Below are positions 23,525 through 33,105 of a DNA stretch of 64,000 nt, piece by piece (within the stretch, counting starts at the first letter, position 1; each line of letters starts with the position of its first letter). The translations under genes and the position numbers were made by a program. This DNA is from a virus (lineage: Duplodnaviria > Caudoviricetes). The stretch spans positions 1,947 through 65,946 of IMG/VR virus record IMGVR_UViG_2928125067_000004. One strand, given 5' to 3'. A model generated the notes under the pieces. It did not search any database. It had not been told where the DNA came from and saw only the letters and a program-made list of their open reading frames with translations.

Positions 23525-26074
23525 TTAGTTCGCCGGCAGGGCGCCGGGGTCCTTGTAGGCGCCGCGGAAGTCGATCGCGCCGCAGGCGAAGTCGTGCTCC
23601 AGCGAGATCTGGACGCCCTGCGTGCCGAACGGCTCGTAGGTCTTCACGCGCGGGCCGTTGGAGCCGTTCAGGAAGCCGTGGACGAAGCACGGCAGCTGGG
23701 CCGGGTCGGCGAGCAGGTACCAGCTGTTGTCGGTGATGTTGGCGTCCGACACCGACTGCAGCTTGCCCGAGAACGGGTTCACCGAGGTCGACAGCTGCGG
23801 CGCGATGGTCGCGACGAGCTGGTCCGCCGAGGTCTCCTGGTTCGGGCCGGTCAGGATGATCCGGGGCGGCACGTTGAGGAGGAAGCCCGCGAGCGACTTC
23901 ATCGCCCGGAGCTTCGCGCGACCGGCGCCGACGGTGGCGACCGAAATCGCGCCGGCGGAACCGGCGAGGTTCTTGTGCGCCGAGTGCCACACCGCGTTGC
24001 CGTCCTGCGCCAGCACCGGGTTCGAATTGAACATGGCGAAGAACGTGGAGTTCTCGAACAGCCGCACCGCGTCGCCGGACGAGCCGAGGATCTGGTCGAT
24101 GGCGCCGAGCTCGTCGTTGACGATCATCTGCCGCGAGATCGGGAAGATGACGCCGTAGGGCTTCAGCGTGATGTTCTCGCCGCTGTCGGCCGTATCGCCG
24201 GCCTTCAGCTCACCGGTCTGCGTGATCGGTTGCAGCATCGGGAACTCGCCCGCGCGCACCTGCGGGTGCGGACGGAAGTCGTTGAACTGGCGTTCGATCG
24301 AGATCCGCTTGTAGGTCGGCTCGGCGAGCTCGTAGCGGGCGAGCAGGCTCTTGTTGAGCACGTTCTGGAAGATCGCCGGGAAGTCCGAGGTGGACTGGAA
24401 GGCGCGCTCGACGATGTCGATGGCCTGCCGGGCGGTGCGGATGTTGCCGCGGTGGCCGACGCACTCCGCGGCGATCTCCACGAAGCCCATGCCCATGTAC
24501 TGCTCGGCGCGGGCGGAGTGGGTCTCGACCCACTTCTTCTCGGCCTTGCGCTTGGGCGCGTAGTCGATGCCGTCGGAGCCGCGCGAGGCGAGCGTCCGGG
24601 TGATCAGCGCCAGCGTCATGGCGTCGGACCGGCCCTGGCGCTCGTCTCGCCCGACCTGGATGCGGTCGTGGCTGGAACCCGGCTGCGAACCCCTCACGGC
24701 GGTCTCCTTGCTCTTCTCGGCGAGCTTGTCGAAGGCGATCTTGCGGAAGGCGGCCGGGCTGAGGCCGCGGTCGATCGCGCTGGCGAGGTTGAGCTCGACG
24801 CCGTGGGCACGGGCCTGATTGGCGATGCTCGCGAGCTCGGAGGCCTGCTTCTGGCTGAAGGCGGGCTTGGCGGCGCGGGTGCCGGCGGTGGCGGGCGCAG
24901 CGCGCCCGGCCTTGCCGCGGTGGGCGGGGCGACCGCGCGGCGCCGACCGGGCGCTGTCGTCGTCCATGTCTTCCTCGCGGGCCTTGACCGGCTCCTCGCT
25001 GGGAGCGCCGTCCGCGTCGACGAAGTTGCCGTCGGCGTCGACGTAGAAGCCGTCCTCGTTGACCTCCGGGGCGGAGCGTTCGGCCTTGACCGGCTCCTCC
25101 ACGACGTTGCCCTCGGCGTCGACGTAGTCGCCGTCCTCGTTCACGTAGTAGCCGTCCGCGTCGACGGCGGGCTCGGCGCGGCTCTCGGCCTTCACGGGCT
25201 CCTCGACGAGGTTGCCCTCGGCGTCGACGTACTTGCCGTCCTCGTTCACGTAGTAGCCGTCCTCGTCGACGGTCGGGGCGGCGCGCGTCTGACGCGGGGC
25301 GGGCTTCGACTTGGCCATACGCTTGTCCTCTCGCTTCTCGGGCCAAGCCCGCTCGTGCGGCCCGGCGGAGCCGTACCGGTAGGTGATCGAGGCATCGCCT
25401 CGGGTGATGGTGATCTCCTTCGCGCCGCGGCCCATCGGGCTGGCGCGCAGGTCGGGGCCCGCGGTCGGATCGGCCGCGCCCTCGTGGGCGCGCACCATCG
25501 CGGCGGGATCTGCGGGGACGGAGACGAGCGAGGCCTCGAGCAGCTCCCAGCGGGTCGCCGTGAAGGTCAGGCCGTCGTCGACGTCGAGGATCTGCTTCTC
25601 GGGGTCGATCACGGTGCCGTCGGCGTCGGTGATCTCCCAGGCGTCGACGCGGTAACCGATCGAGATGCCCTTGATCTCGCCGCGGGCGACCATGCCCTCG
25701 GCGGTCTTGCCGGCCTCGGTGGCGGCGAACTTCGCCCGGCCGAGGATACGGCCCTCGGCGAACCACACGTCGACGATCCGCCCCAGCACCGAGCCGATGC
25801 CGTAGCTGTTGTGGCTGTCGAGGAAGGGGATGCCGGACGAGGCGAGCCGGTCGACGCAGACCGCGGCCTCGTCGGTCGACAGGCGCTCGGTGCCGTACCA
25901 GCGCACGACGTCCGAGCCCTCGGAGAGGATCAGCTCGATCGTGTGCTCGTTGGCGTCGTAGCTCGCCGGCGCGACCTCCAGGAAGCGGCGCCCGCGGGTG
26001 CCGAGCGCCTTGAGGTCGATCGGGCGCGCGGAGCCGCCCGGGGCAGCGCGCTGCCCGGTCTTCGAGGTTGCCAT
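23525..26074 (-). CDS. Prohead protease-major capsid protein fusion
   Basis: N-terminal S78-like protease (FLDSH, ISIGY, LLEASLVSVPAD); C-terminal capsid domain (STSDFPAIFQNVLNKSL, DFRGAYK). Confidence 0.92.
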   Translation of the reverse strand: MATSKTGQRAAPGGSARPIDLKALGTRGRRFLEVAPASYDANEHTIELILSEGSDVVRWYGTERLSTDEAAVCVDRLASSGIPFLDSHNSYGIGSVLGRIVDVWFAEGRILGRAKFAATEAGKTAEGMVARGEIKGISIGYRVDAWEITDADGTVIDPEKQILDVDDGLTFTATRWELLEASLVSVPADPAAMVRAHEGAADPTAGPDLRASPMGRGAKEITITRGDASITYRYGSAGPHERAWPEKREDKRMAKSKPAPRQTRAAPTVDEDGYYVNEDGKYVDAEGNLVEEPVKAESRAEPAVDADGYYVNEDGDYVDAEGNVVEEPVKAERSAPEVNEDGFYVDADGNFVDADGAPSEEPVKAREEDMDDDSARSAPRGRPAHRGKAGRAAPATAGTRAAKPAFSQKQASELASIANQARAHGVELNLASAIDRGLSPAAFRKIAFDKLAEKSKETAVRGSQPGSSHDRIQVGRDERQGRSDAMTLALITRTLASRGSDGIDYAPKRKAEKKWVETHSARAEQYMGMGFVEIAAECVGHRGNIRTARQAIDIVERAFQSTSDFPAIFQNVLNKSLLARYELAEPTYKRISIERQFNDFRPHPQVRAGEFPMLQPITQTGELKAGDTADSGENITLKPYGVIFPISRQMIVNDELGAIDQILGSSGDAVRLFENSTFFAMFNSNPVLAQDGNAVWHSAHKNLAGSAGAISVATVGAGRAKLRAMKSLAGFLLNVPPRIILTGPNQETSADQLVATIAPQLSTSVNPFSGKLQSVSDANITDNSWYLLADPAQLPCFVHGFLNGSNGPRVKTYEPFGTQGVQISLEHDFACGAIDFRGAYKDPGALPAN
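24978..25270 (-). repeat. Three tandem ~102-105-bp acidic repeats in the protease-capsid linker
   Basis: V[DN][EA]DG[YF]YV[ND][EA]DG.[YF]VDA[ED]G....EPVKA three times. Confidence 0.9.
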
Positions 26075-26084
26075 GGGGGATCCG

Positions 26085-27683
26085 TCAGTTGGAGGCGGGC
26101 GCCGTGATCGGCTCGCCGAAATCGTCCTTCAGGGGCTTCGGCTTGCCGCCGGTCGGATCACCGCCGGCCCCATCGCCGTCGACGGCTTGCAGCTTGCCGG
26201 ACTGGTCGGTGCGGCGCGCGTCGATGTCGTAGGCGAGGCCCAGGTGGTCGGCGCGCTTGTAGAAGGCGGCCGTCATGTCCTGAACCTTGCGCCAGTTGTT
26301 CCCGAAGCTCGCGACGTACTCCTGCGGGCTGATCCGGCCCGTGCGGGCCGCTTTGATGTCCGCCTCAATGTCGTCGTTCGGGTTGATCGGCTCCCAGGCC
26401 GGGGTCATCCACTGCGCCCGGTAGGGCTCGGCGCGGGCCGGGAGCAGTCCTGCGAGCACGGCGCGCGACACGAAGCGGTCCCAGGTCCGGTTGCAGACCT
26501 GAGGGATCACGACGTGGTTCTGCAGCTGCTCGGTGAGGCGCCGGAACTCGACCTTGCCAGCCCGCAGGCTGGAGAAGTTCGCGCCCCGGAGGTCGCCGGA
26601 GACCTGGTCGTAGGTGCAGCCGACGCCCGCGGCCATGGCCTGCAGGTTGAACAGCAGGATCGGCTCGACTTGCGTCGTCCCCGTCGGCGCGGCGAACTTG
26701 ATGTCCTGGCCCGAGCGCAGCTCCTTGAGCATGCCCGGCTCGAGCGAGGTCAGCTGCGCGTCGGGGTTGGCGCCGTCACGGCCGGCCAGCCCAGGGCGGC
26801 TCGGGTCGAACACGTCGACGCCCGCGTCGTCGTTGTTCGTGACGAAGCCCGAGAAACAGGCCTCGACCCGCGCCTTGACGTTGACCGCGTCCAGGAAGTC
26901 GGCGAGCTCGCGCGACGTCATCAGGATCGGCGCGAACCACGATACGCCGCGGACCTGTCCGGGCCGCAGCTCCTTGAACAGGTGGATCAGCTCGTCCTGC
27001 GGCACGAAGGCCGAGACGCCCGGGCGCATCGCCGAGGTGTTGATCTCGCCTGGGTGGTTCGGGTTGAGCCACAGCCCGATGCGGCGGTCGTACTCGCCGA
27101 GGCCGACGCCAAGCCGGGTGTGCTCCAGATCCTCGGCCCCGGCCTGCCCGTCGTTGCCGTAGATCCCGTCGCGCCACTGGTCGATGAAGTCGCCCTCCAG
27201 CAGCTGGAGCTGCAGCGGCACCCTGCGCGGGTTGTCGAGCGGCCGGTCGATGAAGCGGATGACGCTCTCGCCGGACTCGACCATGCCGCGCACGGAGAGC
27301 GCCTGCATGCCGTAGAAGCCCATGCGGCCGGTGACGTCTGCTTGGCCCTCCCAGTCGTCCCAGAGGTTCTCCAGGCGCCGGTCGAGCACGTCCTCACCCG
27401 TGTCGGGAATGGGCGTGATGCCCGTGCCCACCACGTGCGAGGTGATGATGTCGAGCATGCGCGCCGCGTACGGCGTGTTGCGCGCCAGATCCCGGGCGCG
27501 CGAGCGCAGCGGGCGTAGCGCCCCCTGGATCTCGGCGTTGGCCGAGGTGTTCAGCGCCTTGAACGAGGACGCGCGCCGACCCACGGACGCACCCTCGTAG
27601 ATGCGCAGCGCGTGGCGGGCGCGGGCGCGGGACAGCGCCGCGCGCGGCGCCACCCAGCCGATCGCGCGATCGAGGGCGTTCAT
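26085..27683 (-). CDS. Portal protein (lambda gpB family)
   Basis: LRSRARDLARN, RPGQVRGVSW, YDQVSGDLRGANFSSLRAG motifs. Confidence 0.93.
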   Translation of the reverse strand: MNALDRAIGWVAPRAALSRARARHALRIYEGASVGRRASSFKALNTSANAEIQGALRPLRSRARDLARNTPYAARMLDIITSHVVGTGITPIPDTGEDVLDRRLENLWDDWEGQADVTGRMGFYGMQALSVRGMVESGESVIRFIDRPLDNPRRVPLQLQLLEGDFIDQWRDGIYGNDGQAGAEDLEHTRLGVGLGEYDRRIGLWLNPNHPGEINTSAMRPGVSAFVPQDELIHLFKELRPGQVRGVSWFAPILMTSRELADFLDAVNVKARVEACFSGFVTNNDDAGVDVFDPSRPGLAGRDGANPDAQLTSLEPGMLKELRSGQDIKFAAPTGTTQVEPILLFNLQAMAAGVGCTYDQVSGDLRGANFSSLRAGKVEFRRLTEQLQNHVVIPQVCNRTWDRFVSRAVLAGLLPARAEPYRAQWMTPAWEPINPNDDIEADIKAARTGRISPQEYVASFGNNWRKVQDMTAAFYKRADHLGLAYDIDARRTDQSGKLQAVDGDGAGGDPTGGKPKPLKDDFGEPITAPASN

Positions 27684-27695
27684 GCTGGCGATCCG

Positions 27696-27938
27696 CTACC
27701 AGCCCGAGCGCAGGCAGCCGTCGGCCGAGATCCCGCCCGGGAAGCCGCGATCGTGCGCGACCAGGATCGTCGCCGACTTCTGCGGGTCGAGCCCCAGAGC
27801 CCGTCGGATGATGGCGCGGACACGCAGCATCTCGTCGAGCGAGCGATAGGTCGCCGTCTTGCCCTCGTAGGACACGGACGTGACGCCGGCGGCGATGCCG
27901 GCCTCGATCGCGTCGAGCTGCGCCTGGCTGAAGGCCAT
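27696..27938 (-). CDS. Head-tail joining protein (gpW-like)
   Basis: MAFSQAQLDAIEAGIAAGVTSVSYEGKTATYRSLDEM signature; between terminase and portal. Confidence 0.85.
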   Translation of the reverse strand: MAFSQAQLDAIEAGIAAGVTSVSYEGKTATYRSLDEMLRVRAIIRRALGLDPQKSATILVAHDRGFPGGISADGCLRSGW

Positions 27939-30076
27939 CAGTCTCTCCGGCTCATCCAGCCACCAGGCCGGCCGTGGTTGATGAAGCCCGAGTGCTGCGG
28001 GCGGGCGTAGACCGGCGCCGGCGGCGGCGGAGGTGATGGTGGCGCGACGGGCGCCGGCGGCTCGGCCGCGGCCGCCTCGCCGATCGTCTGCGCTTCGGTG
28101 TCCGGGCCGGGCTCGCCGGTCTCCGGCGCTTCGACCGCCGGCTCCGTGGCGGCCTCCTCGGCTTCGTCGCGCTCCGGCATGCGCCCCAGCGCGACGTACT
28201 TGCCGCTGGAGGCTTGCAGGCCGCACATCGCCACGTAGGCGTAGACGAAGCACACGCCGGCCTCGTGGGCGGCCTTGGGCTTCTCCCATTCGGTGAAGCC
28301 CTGGCGCCGCACCACGAGCTTCTCGCGGGTCAGCTGCTCGAAGTACTCGGCGTCGATCGGCCGAGAGCCGTCGGCCGGCACCATCGGGAAGTGGACGAAC
28401 CGCGGGCCGGGATCGACCAGCGGCAGCGAGCCGTAGGCGAAGTCGCGGGCGGCGTTGCCGCCGACCATGTACCAGGACGAGCCGAGCTTCGTGGACGGCA
28501 GCCGCGGCCACACCTTGGTGCGGGCGCCGCGGGCTTCGGACTTGCCCTTGATCGCCCACACCTTGCGGCGGCGCCGCTCTGTGCAGAACGCGTAAGTCTC
28601 CGAGGTGTGATGGCCGCCGGAGTCGATGGCGGCTGCGCTGATCCGCATCTCGCTGCCGTCGCTGCGCTTGAAGCCGCGCAGCAGCAGGCGGTCGAGATTG
28701 CGCCAGACATCCGGCTCGGCCGGATCGCCCGGGATGACGAAGTGGCCGATCAGCGCGCATTCGAGTCCGGCACCCCAGCCCCAGACCGCGCCCTCGATGC
28801 GCGCGTTGGTGCCCGACTGGACGTCGCCGCCCAGCGTCAGGGTTCGGACGAAGTCGGGAACCTCGGCGCCGTAGGCCTCACGGCGCTCCAGGAAGGAGGT
28901 CGGCTTGATCTCCTGGCCGTAGGTCTGTCGGTAGGGCCGGCCGAGGCGTAGGTTGACGAACGGCTGGACGAGGTTCGCCGGGTCGTCCTGGGCTTCCAGC
29001 CACTCCTGCACGATCACCGGCCACGCGGCGTTCGCGTTGAGCGACATGCCGGTCCAGAGATGGAAGCCGGCGTGCCCGGGCGTCTTCGGCGTCGCGGTCG
29101 CCCGCCACTCGCCGTGGGCGTCCATCCAGGCCTTGCTGCCCTCGTCGATGATGCAGCCGCAGGTGCCCTGGTACCAGACGGACTTGAGCGACCGATCCTC
29201 GTTGAGGTCCCACTTCAGGCCGTGCGGCGTATCCTTGCTGCCCCAGTCCAGATACTGCCAGCCGTCGAGCTCGCCGGCGGTCTCCGAGCACTGCGGGCAG
29301 GGCACGAAGTAGCGCCGCTGGTCCGAGGCCAGCCAGAGCTTCCAGACCCGGCTGGTCTCCTCCAGGAGCGGCGTCGAGCCCCTGACCTGCTTGCGGTTGT
29401 AGAAGGTCTCGCCGCGGGTCCAGAACAGCTTGAGCTTGTCGCCCTGCGTCTTGGCGCCGGGCGTCCAGCCGTCGCCGTCGATCTCGTCGGCGAACAGGAA
29501 CCGCGCGGAGTAGCGCCGGAAGGCGTCGTCGGAGGCTGCGCCGACGACGCGCACGAGGGCGCCGTTCGACAGCTGGTAGAACGTCGCCGAGTCCTGCTTC
29601 TCGCCCTTCCGGACGGGCCGCAGCATCTTGGCGAGCACCGGGGTCTCGCGCAGCATTGGCGCGATCTCGGTGCCGCCGAACTCCTCCGCGTCGTCCTCGA
29701 CCGGCTGCGCCACCGCGCAGAGCGTCGGGTCCTGATGAAGATGGTAGCCGATCGCCAGGGTGGCGAGCCGGGTGTAGCCGACGCGGGCCGCCTTCAGGAC
29801 GGTGACCAGCGGCAGCGTCGGATCGCACATCGCGTCCATGAGGCCGCGCTGGTACCCGTAGAGGGTCACCGGCCCGCTCTCGGAGCCGGTGCTCTTCGGG
29901 ATCCGACCGTGCTCTTCGGCCCACTCTGAGCCGGACATGTGCGGCTTGAAGACGAGGGCCTCGTCGAACAGCCGGTCCAGCTCGGTCCGCGTCGCGTCGC
30001 GGCCAGCCGGGTACTCACCCCGCCGGTGGGTTCCGATCCGCTCCGCCAGCGTCATCGTCGGGGTCACGTCCTGCAA
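27938..30076 (-). CDS. terL: Terminase large subunit (lambda gpA family)
   Basis: LKAARVGYT Walker A, LFADEIDG Walker B, GSTP, YFVPCPQC, LGGDVQ, AAIDSGG; true start may be near 30055. Confidence 0.95.
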   Translation of the reverse strand: MQDVTPTMTLAERIGTHRRGEYPAGRDATRTELDRLFDEALVFKPHMSGSEWAEEHGRIPKSTGSESGPVTLYGYQRGLMDAMCDPTLPLVTVLKAARVGYTRLATLAIGYHLHQDPTLCAVAQPVEDDAEEFGGTEIAPMLRETPVLAKMLRPVRKGEKQDSATFYQLSNGALVRVVGAASDDAFRRYSARFLFADEIDGDGWTPGAKTQGDKLKLFWTRGETFYNRKQVRGSTPLLEETSRVWKLWLASDQRRYFVPCPQCSETAGELDGWQYLDWGSKDTPHGLKWDLNEDRSLKSVWYQGTCGCIIDEGSKAWMDAHGEWRATATPKTPGHAGFHLWTGMSLNANAAWPVIVQEWLEAQDDPANLVQPFVNLRLGRPYRQTYGQEIKPTSFLERREAYGAEVPDFVRTLTLGGDVQSGTNARIEGAVWGWGAGLECALIGHFVIPGDPAEPDVWRNLDRLLLRGFKRSDGSEMRISAAAIDSGGHHTSETYAFCTERRRRKVWAIKGKSEARGARTKVWPRLPSTKLGSSWYMVGGNAARDFAYGSLPLVDPGPRFVHFPMVPADGSRPIDAEYFEQLTREKLVVRRQGFTEWEKPKAAHEAGVCFVYAYVAMCGLQASSGKYVALGRMPERDEAEEAATEPAVEAPETGEPGPDTEAQTIGEAAAAEPPAPVAPPSPPPPPAPVYARPQHSGFINHGRPGGWMSRRD

Positions 30077-30602
30077 ACCACCGCTGCGCGATCTCCTCGC
30101 GGGCGGCCGTGAAGGCTCGGTTCATCTCGGCCTTGGCCATCGCCTCGATCTCGGAGGCGTTGGTCATCGTGGCCGCCCGTCCGGCGACCTTGGAGGCCAT
30201 GTTCGAGAGGCCGGTCCGGAGGACCTGGCAGAAGGTCGCCATATCGGCGACCGCGTCGTGCCGGGAGACGACCGCCTTCAGCGCTTCGTCGGCGCCGATC
30301 TCCGCGACGATGGCGTTGGCGACCGCGCGGCGGCAGTCCGCGTCCTCACGCCGGGCCTTGCTGCTGTCCTTAGGACCGTCGTCGCCGGCGCTCATCGCCA
30401 CGTTCTCGACGGCGCGCTGGATCTTCCAGTCGATCACGGCGGCGGTGTCGAACTGCCACTCGACGCCGTTGCTGCCGCGCTCGACGTAGGGGCAGCCCCT
30501 CTCGATCCAGCTCGTGACCGTGTTGACGCTGACGCCGAAGATCCCGGCGAGGTCGGCTCGGTTCACGAGCCGGCCGTCGATGGCACCAGACATCAACAAC
30601 AA
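30015..30602 (-). CDS. terS: Terminase small subunit (Nu1-like)
   Basis: N-terminal winged HTH VNRADLAGIFGVSVNTVTSWIERGCP...FDTAAVIDW. Confidence 0.9.
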   Translation of the reverse strand: MLLMSGAIDGRLVNRADLAGIFGVSVNTVTSWIERGCPYVERGSNGVEWQFDTAAVIDWKIQRAVENVAMSAGDDGPKDSSKARREDADCRRAVANAIVAEIGADEALKAVVSRHDAVADMATFCQVLRTGLSNMASKVAGRAATMTNASEIEAMAKAEMNRAFTAAREEIAQRWFAGRDPDDDAGGADRNPPAG

Positions 30603-30609
30603 CCCCGGT

Positions 30610-30690
30610 TTTCAAAATTTCTTAGAGGGTGAACCGATGGGGTCCGAATTCCCCTCATGGCCACCCCCCTCCCGGAAGGACCCTGGGATT
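30610..30690 (-). promoter_or_regulatory. Putative lambda-like cos region
   Basis: Minus strand GGGTCCT (identical to lambda cosQ) at 30683-30677, followed by TCCGG, a G-rich stretch and an AT-rich GAAATTTTGAAAA just before terS. Confidence 0.6.
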
Positions 30691-30761
30691 TTGCCAGGGG
30701 TAGGGGTCAGGCCCGGATGGCCCTCCCGTGGCCTGCGCCGGCCGCTGGCGGCCTCGGCCGG

Positions 30762-31490
30762 TCAGCCCTTCCGGCGCACGTCGTTGACGACGAAGCGCTC
30801 CCAGGCCGCCCGGAAGTGCTTCCGGTACGCGGTCGGCACCACGGCGCCGGCCTTCTCGTAGTAGGGGAAGCGCTTGGAGTAGCTGACGCCCTTCACGAAC
30901 AGGAAGATGGGCACCGCCCACTTCTCCTTCTGAAGGTAGATCCCGTCCGGCGCCTTACCGTGGTTGCGGAAGACGATGTACTCGACGTTCCGCCCGACGT
31001 TGCGGCGCTTCGAGCGCGCCGTGGTGTTCTGGTACCGGTCCGACTGCGCGCCGAGCGCCGAGAGCATGCGGGTGATGAAGGCGCCCGACACGTTGCCGTT
31101 GCCGTCCCGCGGGCAGCGCGTGCTGGGCACCGCGAACTCGCCCGCGAGCATCAGGCCCTTGCGGATGAGCAGGACCTCGAACCGCTTGTGGCGGCGCGTG
31201 CCGCCGGCGACCTGAGGCCCGAGAAACTTCCAAGCCGGGATCGAGCTGCCGCCTTCCTTGAAGCCGAGCTCCGCCTGGAGCCGCCGCTTCGTGGCCGGCC
31301 GGACCATCAGGCTGTTGAGCGTGAAGTTCGACGGCTGGTCGAACACGGACCGCATGGTCTCGCGCTCGGCCTCCCGTGCGTCCTTCATCGCGTTGGTCAG
31401 CGCGACCGCGGCGACGAACGGGACCTGCCGGGCTGCGCGCCCGACGGCCTCGGCCTTGAGACCGAACTCGCTGGCGTCGAGCTTCAGCAT
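30762..31490 (-). CDS. Basic protein upstream of cos (lambda gpZ-like minor tail/completion protein)
   Basis: RQVPFVAAVALT...FDQPSNFTLNS motif common before lambda-like terminases. Confidence 0.6.
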   Translation of the reverse strand: MLKLDASEFGLKAEAVGRAARQVPFVAAVALTNAMKDAREAERETMRSVFDQPSNFTLNSLMVRPATKRRLQAELGFKEGGSSIPAWKFLGPQVAGGTRRHKRFEVLLIRKGLMLAGEFAVPSTRCPRDGNGNVSGAFITRMLSALGAQSDRYQNTTARSKRRNVGRNVEYIVFRNHGKAPDGIYLQKEKWAVPIFLFVKGVSYSKRFPYYEKAGAVVPTAYRKHFRAAWERFVVNDVRRKG

Positions 31491-31502
31491 GGGCCTGCCG
31501 GA

Positions 31503-31580
31503 TCAGCGCGTGCCTTTGGCGGGGACCGGAATGGCGACGACCTTGCCGGTGCGCGGGTCCAGGATGCGAATGAACTTCAT
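31503..31580 (-). CDS. 25-aa peptide (below ORF-track cutoff)
   Basis: MKFIRILDPRTGKVVAIPVPAKGTR*; GGAG upstream; fills the gap between genes. Confidence 0.4.
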   Translation of the reverse strand: MKFIRILDPRTGKVVAIPVPAKGTR

Positions 31581-31596
31581 CGCCGCCGCTCCGCGA

Positions 31597-31809
31597 TCAG
31601 GACCGCAGCTGCGGCGGTGTGCTCGTGCCGGGCGGTGTCCGCATCGCCTCCTCCATCCAACTCACCGCGTCCGACAGGCGCGTGAAGGCGGCCAGGAGGC
31701 GCATCTCGTAGTGGGCCTGCGGGAAGTCGGTGACGATGAAGCCGCCGTGGGGGAGCTCCTGGAGGCAAAGCGCCTTCGGTTTCTCCCATGGGTGGTTGCG
31801 CTGGCTCAT
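31597..31809 (-). CDS. Hypothetical protein
   Basis: MSQRNHPWEK...GGFIVTD...AAFTRLSDAVSWM; coupled to the upstream stop. Confidence 0.5.
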   Translation of the reverse strand: MSQRNHPWEKPKALCLQELPHGGFIVTDFPQAHYEMRLLAAFTRLSDAVSWMEEAMRTPPGTSTPPQLRS

Positions 31810-31811
31810 CT

Positions 31812-32081
31812 TCAGCAGCTCTGCATCGGTTGCGGGACGTCTCGGCTCTGCTGCACGAGGCGCGTGGCCGGCCGCTCGACCGACAGCTCGGCAGCGTTGT
31901 CGAGGACCAGGACGGTGACGTCCCGGACGCCGGCGGCCGCGCACATGCGGATCAGGTCGTCCTGCCAGCGCGCGGCCGTGGCCGGCTGCAGCCTCTGCGA
32001 CGTGCGCAGCACCAGGATGTCGCCGTGACGGACCTCGAGGCGGTCCAGCTGGCGGTCGATCTCTTCGGCCATGGGTCTCAC
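31812..32081 (-). CDS. Hypothetical protein
   Basis: ORF track; tight packing with the recombinase. Confidence 0.5.
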   Translation of the reverse strand: MRPMAEEIDRQLDRLEVRHGDILVLRTSQRLQPATAARWQDDLIRMCAAAGVRDVTVLVLDNAAELSVERPATRLVQQSRDVPQPMQSC

Positions 32082-32926
32082 GCGACTATGGCCTCGTGAT
32101 CGCCCTCGGCGAGCACATGGTTCTCTTCCCCGCTCCAGCGGAACAGGTACTCGACGAGGCCTCGATACTTCGGGTTGTCGGCGATGTAGCCGACGCGGGC
32201 TTGGTGCCAGCGGCCGCCGCTCGGGCCCGGGATGCCTTCGGCGTTGAGGCCGGCGGCGATCTCGGCCTGCGTCCGCTTGCGCCGGCGTTCCTGGAAGATC
32301 CGCCGGACGATGCGCGCCTGCTCGGGCACGATCGCGAGGCCGCCTTCCGGCGTGCGCCGGTAGCCGTAGGGGACGCGTCCGCCCGCGTAGCCGCCCTTGC
32401 TCGCCTTCGTCTGGCGGCCGCCGGCGGTGCGATCGCGGATCGCGAAGCGCTCGCCCTCGGCCATTCCGGCGAGGATGGCGAACAGGGTGCGGCCCATGGG
32501 GGTCGCGGTGTCGATCGGCTCGGTCACCGAGCGGATCATGACGTCGTACTGCTCGGCCAGATCGGACACCGTGGTCACGGCGTACCGGATCTCGCGGGCC
32601 AAGCGGTCGAACTTGTAGACCAGCAGCACCGTGAAGGCGCCGGCCGCGGCCAGCTCCAGCACACGGCCGAAGCCGGGCCGGTCCGCCGGGCGGGTAGCTC
32701 CCGACACGCCGGGATCTCGGGCGACCTCGACGAGCTGATAGCCCTGGCTCTCGGCGAAGGCGCGGACCGCTTTGTCCTGCGTCTCCAGCCCGTGGCCGGT
32801 GGCCGCCTGCTCTTCGGTCGACACCCGCACGTAGGCGACCGCCTTGGTGGCGATCGCGGCGCGGGCGTCGCTCTGGACTTTAGTCCTGGCCTTCAGGCGG
32901 CCGACGCGGCGACTACCCGAAACCAT
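32078..32926 (-). CDS. Serine recombinase (resolvase domain plus recombinase domain)
   Basis: AYVRVST catalytic motif, DPGVSG, DRPG, KFDRLAR, PYGY, GDHEAIV. Confidence 0.92.
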   Translation of the reverse strand: MVSGSRRVGRLKARTKVQSDARAAIATKAVAYVRVSTEEQAATGHGLETQDKAVRAFAESQGYQLVEVARDPGVSGATRPADRPGFGRVLELAAAGAFTVLLVYKFDRLAREIRYAVTTVSDLAEQYDVMIRSVTEPIDTATPMGRTLFAILAGMAEGERFAIRDRTAGGRQTKASKGGYAGGRVPYGYRRTPEGGLAIVPEQARIVRRIFQERRRKRTQAEIAAGLNAEGIPGPSGGRWHQARVGYIADNPKYRGLVEYLFRWSGEENHVLAEGDHEAIVA

Positions 32927-32960
32927 TGCAAGTCCATGTTTTTGCTAGCGTATTTCGCCT

Positions 32961-33034
32961 AGATCGACCGATCTCAACGCATACTCAAGAGTATGCGTTT
33001 TTCGGGTCGTTTGGCCTGCGGTTTGGGCCGGCCA
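32961..33034. repeat. Palindrome cluster upstream of the serine recombinase
   Basis: AGATCG-AC-CGATCT (32961-74), AACGCATACTC-AA-GAGTATGCGTT (32976-99), GTTTGG-GCCGG-CCAAAC further right (approximate end). Confidence 0.8.
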
Positions 33035-33105
33035 AACCGGATCCAATCAGGCGGTGAACGCCCGGGCGAGGCCCAGCGCGAAGCGGCGGTACCAGGCGCG
33101 GAGCA

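Noticed and set aside
23450-26107. Very long plus-strand ORFs opposite structural genes (also 20032-21879, 8829-10460, 17133-18743, 49789-51906)
   Set aside because: Antisense shadows of GC-rich coding sequence; Arg/Gly-rich with no motifs, while the opposite strand has recognisable genes
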